Source: Candidatus Falkowbacteria bacterium (GTDB lineage Bacteria > Patescibacteriota > Patescibacteriia > Patescibacteriales > UBA12465). Taken from it: DNA of 64,000 bases. The position numbers and the translations under genes were made by a program. The stretch spans positions 20,245 to 84,244 of the forward strand of contig CP066698.1 in assembly GCA_016432645.1 (NCBI GenBank), in the 5' to 3' direction. The notes beneath the pieces were generated by a model. The model saw only the letters and a list, made by a program, of their open reading frames with translations, made no database searches and was not told where the DNA came from. Positions within the stretch are counted from its first letter, which is position 1; each line of letters starts with the position of its first letter. This document shows, piece by piece, positions 63,954 through 64,000 of this stretch.

Positions 63954-64000
63954 ATGATAGAGATATTTCAAATAATAGTGCTGATTCTATCAGCCATAAT
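63954..64000 (+). CDS. Start of an unidentified gene (membrane protein?), truncated by window end
   Basis: ATG at 63954 opens MIEIFQIIVLILSAI..., hydrophobic. Only 15 codons are visible. Confidence 0.25.
   Translation, partial: MIEIFQIIVLILSAI

Noticed and set aside
1-64000. Searched intergenic regions for tRNA, rRNA, tmRNA, CRISPR repeats, integrase/transposase and inverted terminal repeats
   Set aside because: No cloverleaf-compatible sequence, no regularly spaced direct repeats and no mobile-element genes. The intergenic regions are short and AT-rich, occupied by promoters and terminators.

Overview
This is a low-GC bacterial chromosomal window with dense gene packing, most likely from a reduced-genome lineage (Candidate Phyla Radiation/Patescibacteria-like). 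That assignment is inferred from gene content: eukaryote-type IleRS and ProRS, a short AlaRS, ComEC without its beta-lactamase domain, ribosomal proteins with unusual tails, and abundant glycosyltransferases.

Almost every gene lies on the + strand, and most of the window is housekeeping:
- Translation and replication: tyrS, holB, frr, hpf, ileS, proS, alaS, prfB, and an infA-rpmJ-rpsM-rpsK-rpsD-rpoA-rplQ-rplM-rpsI operon.
- Other core functions: rseP, nrdAB, secA, ruvA, mreBCD.
- Cell wall: mraY-ftsW-murG-murC-[ABC exporter]-murB.
- Two glycan-synthesis loci, each with its own terminator. One holds the priming sugar transferase, an acetyltransferase and a GT. The other holds GT1 x3, a DUF2304+GT2 pair, an NAD-epimerase, a secreted S8 protease with FG-GAP-like repeats, and a degenerate PilB/GspE-like ATPase.

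The in-frame RF2 shows TGA is a stop codon here (genetic code 11). I found no tRNA, rRNA, CRISPR array, transposase or integrase.

The most unusual region is a tight same-strand cluster at 17158-20474. An ASCH (YqfB-like) protein, a YfbR-like HD nucleotidase, a DNPH1/nucleoside-deoxyribosyltransferase-fold protein and an MTH1-like Nudix hydrolase are interleaved with two paralogous uncharacterised proteins. Each paralog carries an N-terminal UVR-type motif and a shared C-terminal YW(N/Q)xVYDNS domain that I do not recognise. This looks like an undescribed nucleotide-pool sanitation/salvage module.

Other points worth a second look:
- A monocistronic 537-aa orphan membrane protein inserted between nrdAB and secA.
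- An NrdR-box-like perfect palindrome inside the nrdA promoter.
- The PilB-like pseudo-ATPase sitting in the glycan locus.
- The ABC exporter embedded in the mur operon.
- A second mreB paired with an orphan receiver protein.
- Lineage-specific extensions on ribosomal proteins and an alphaCTD-less RpoA.
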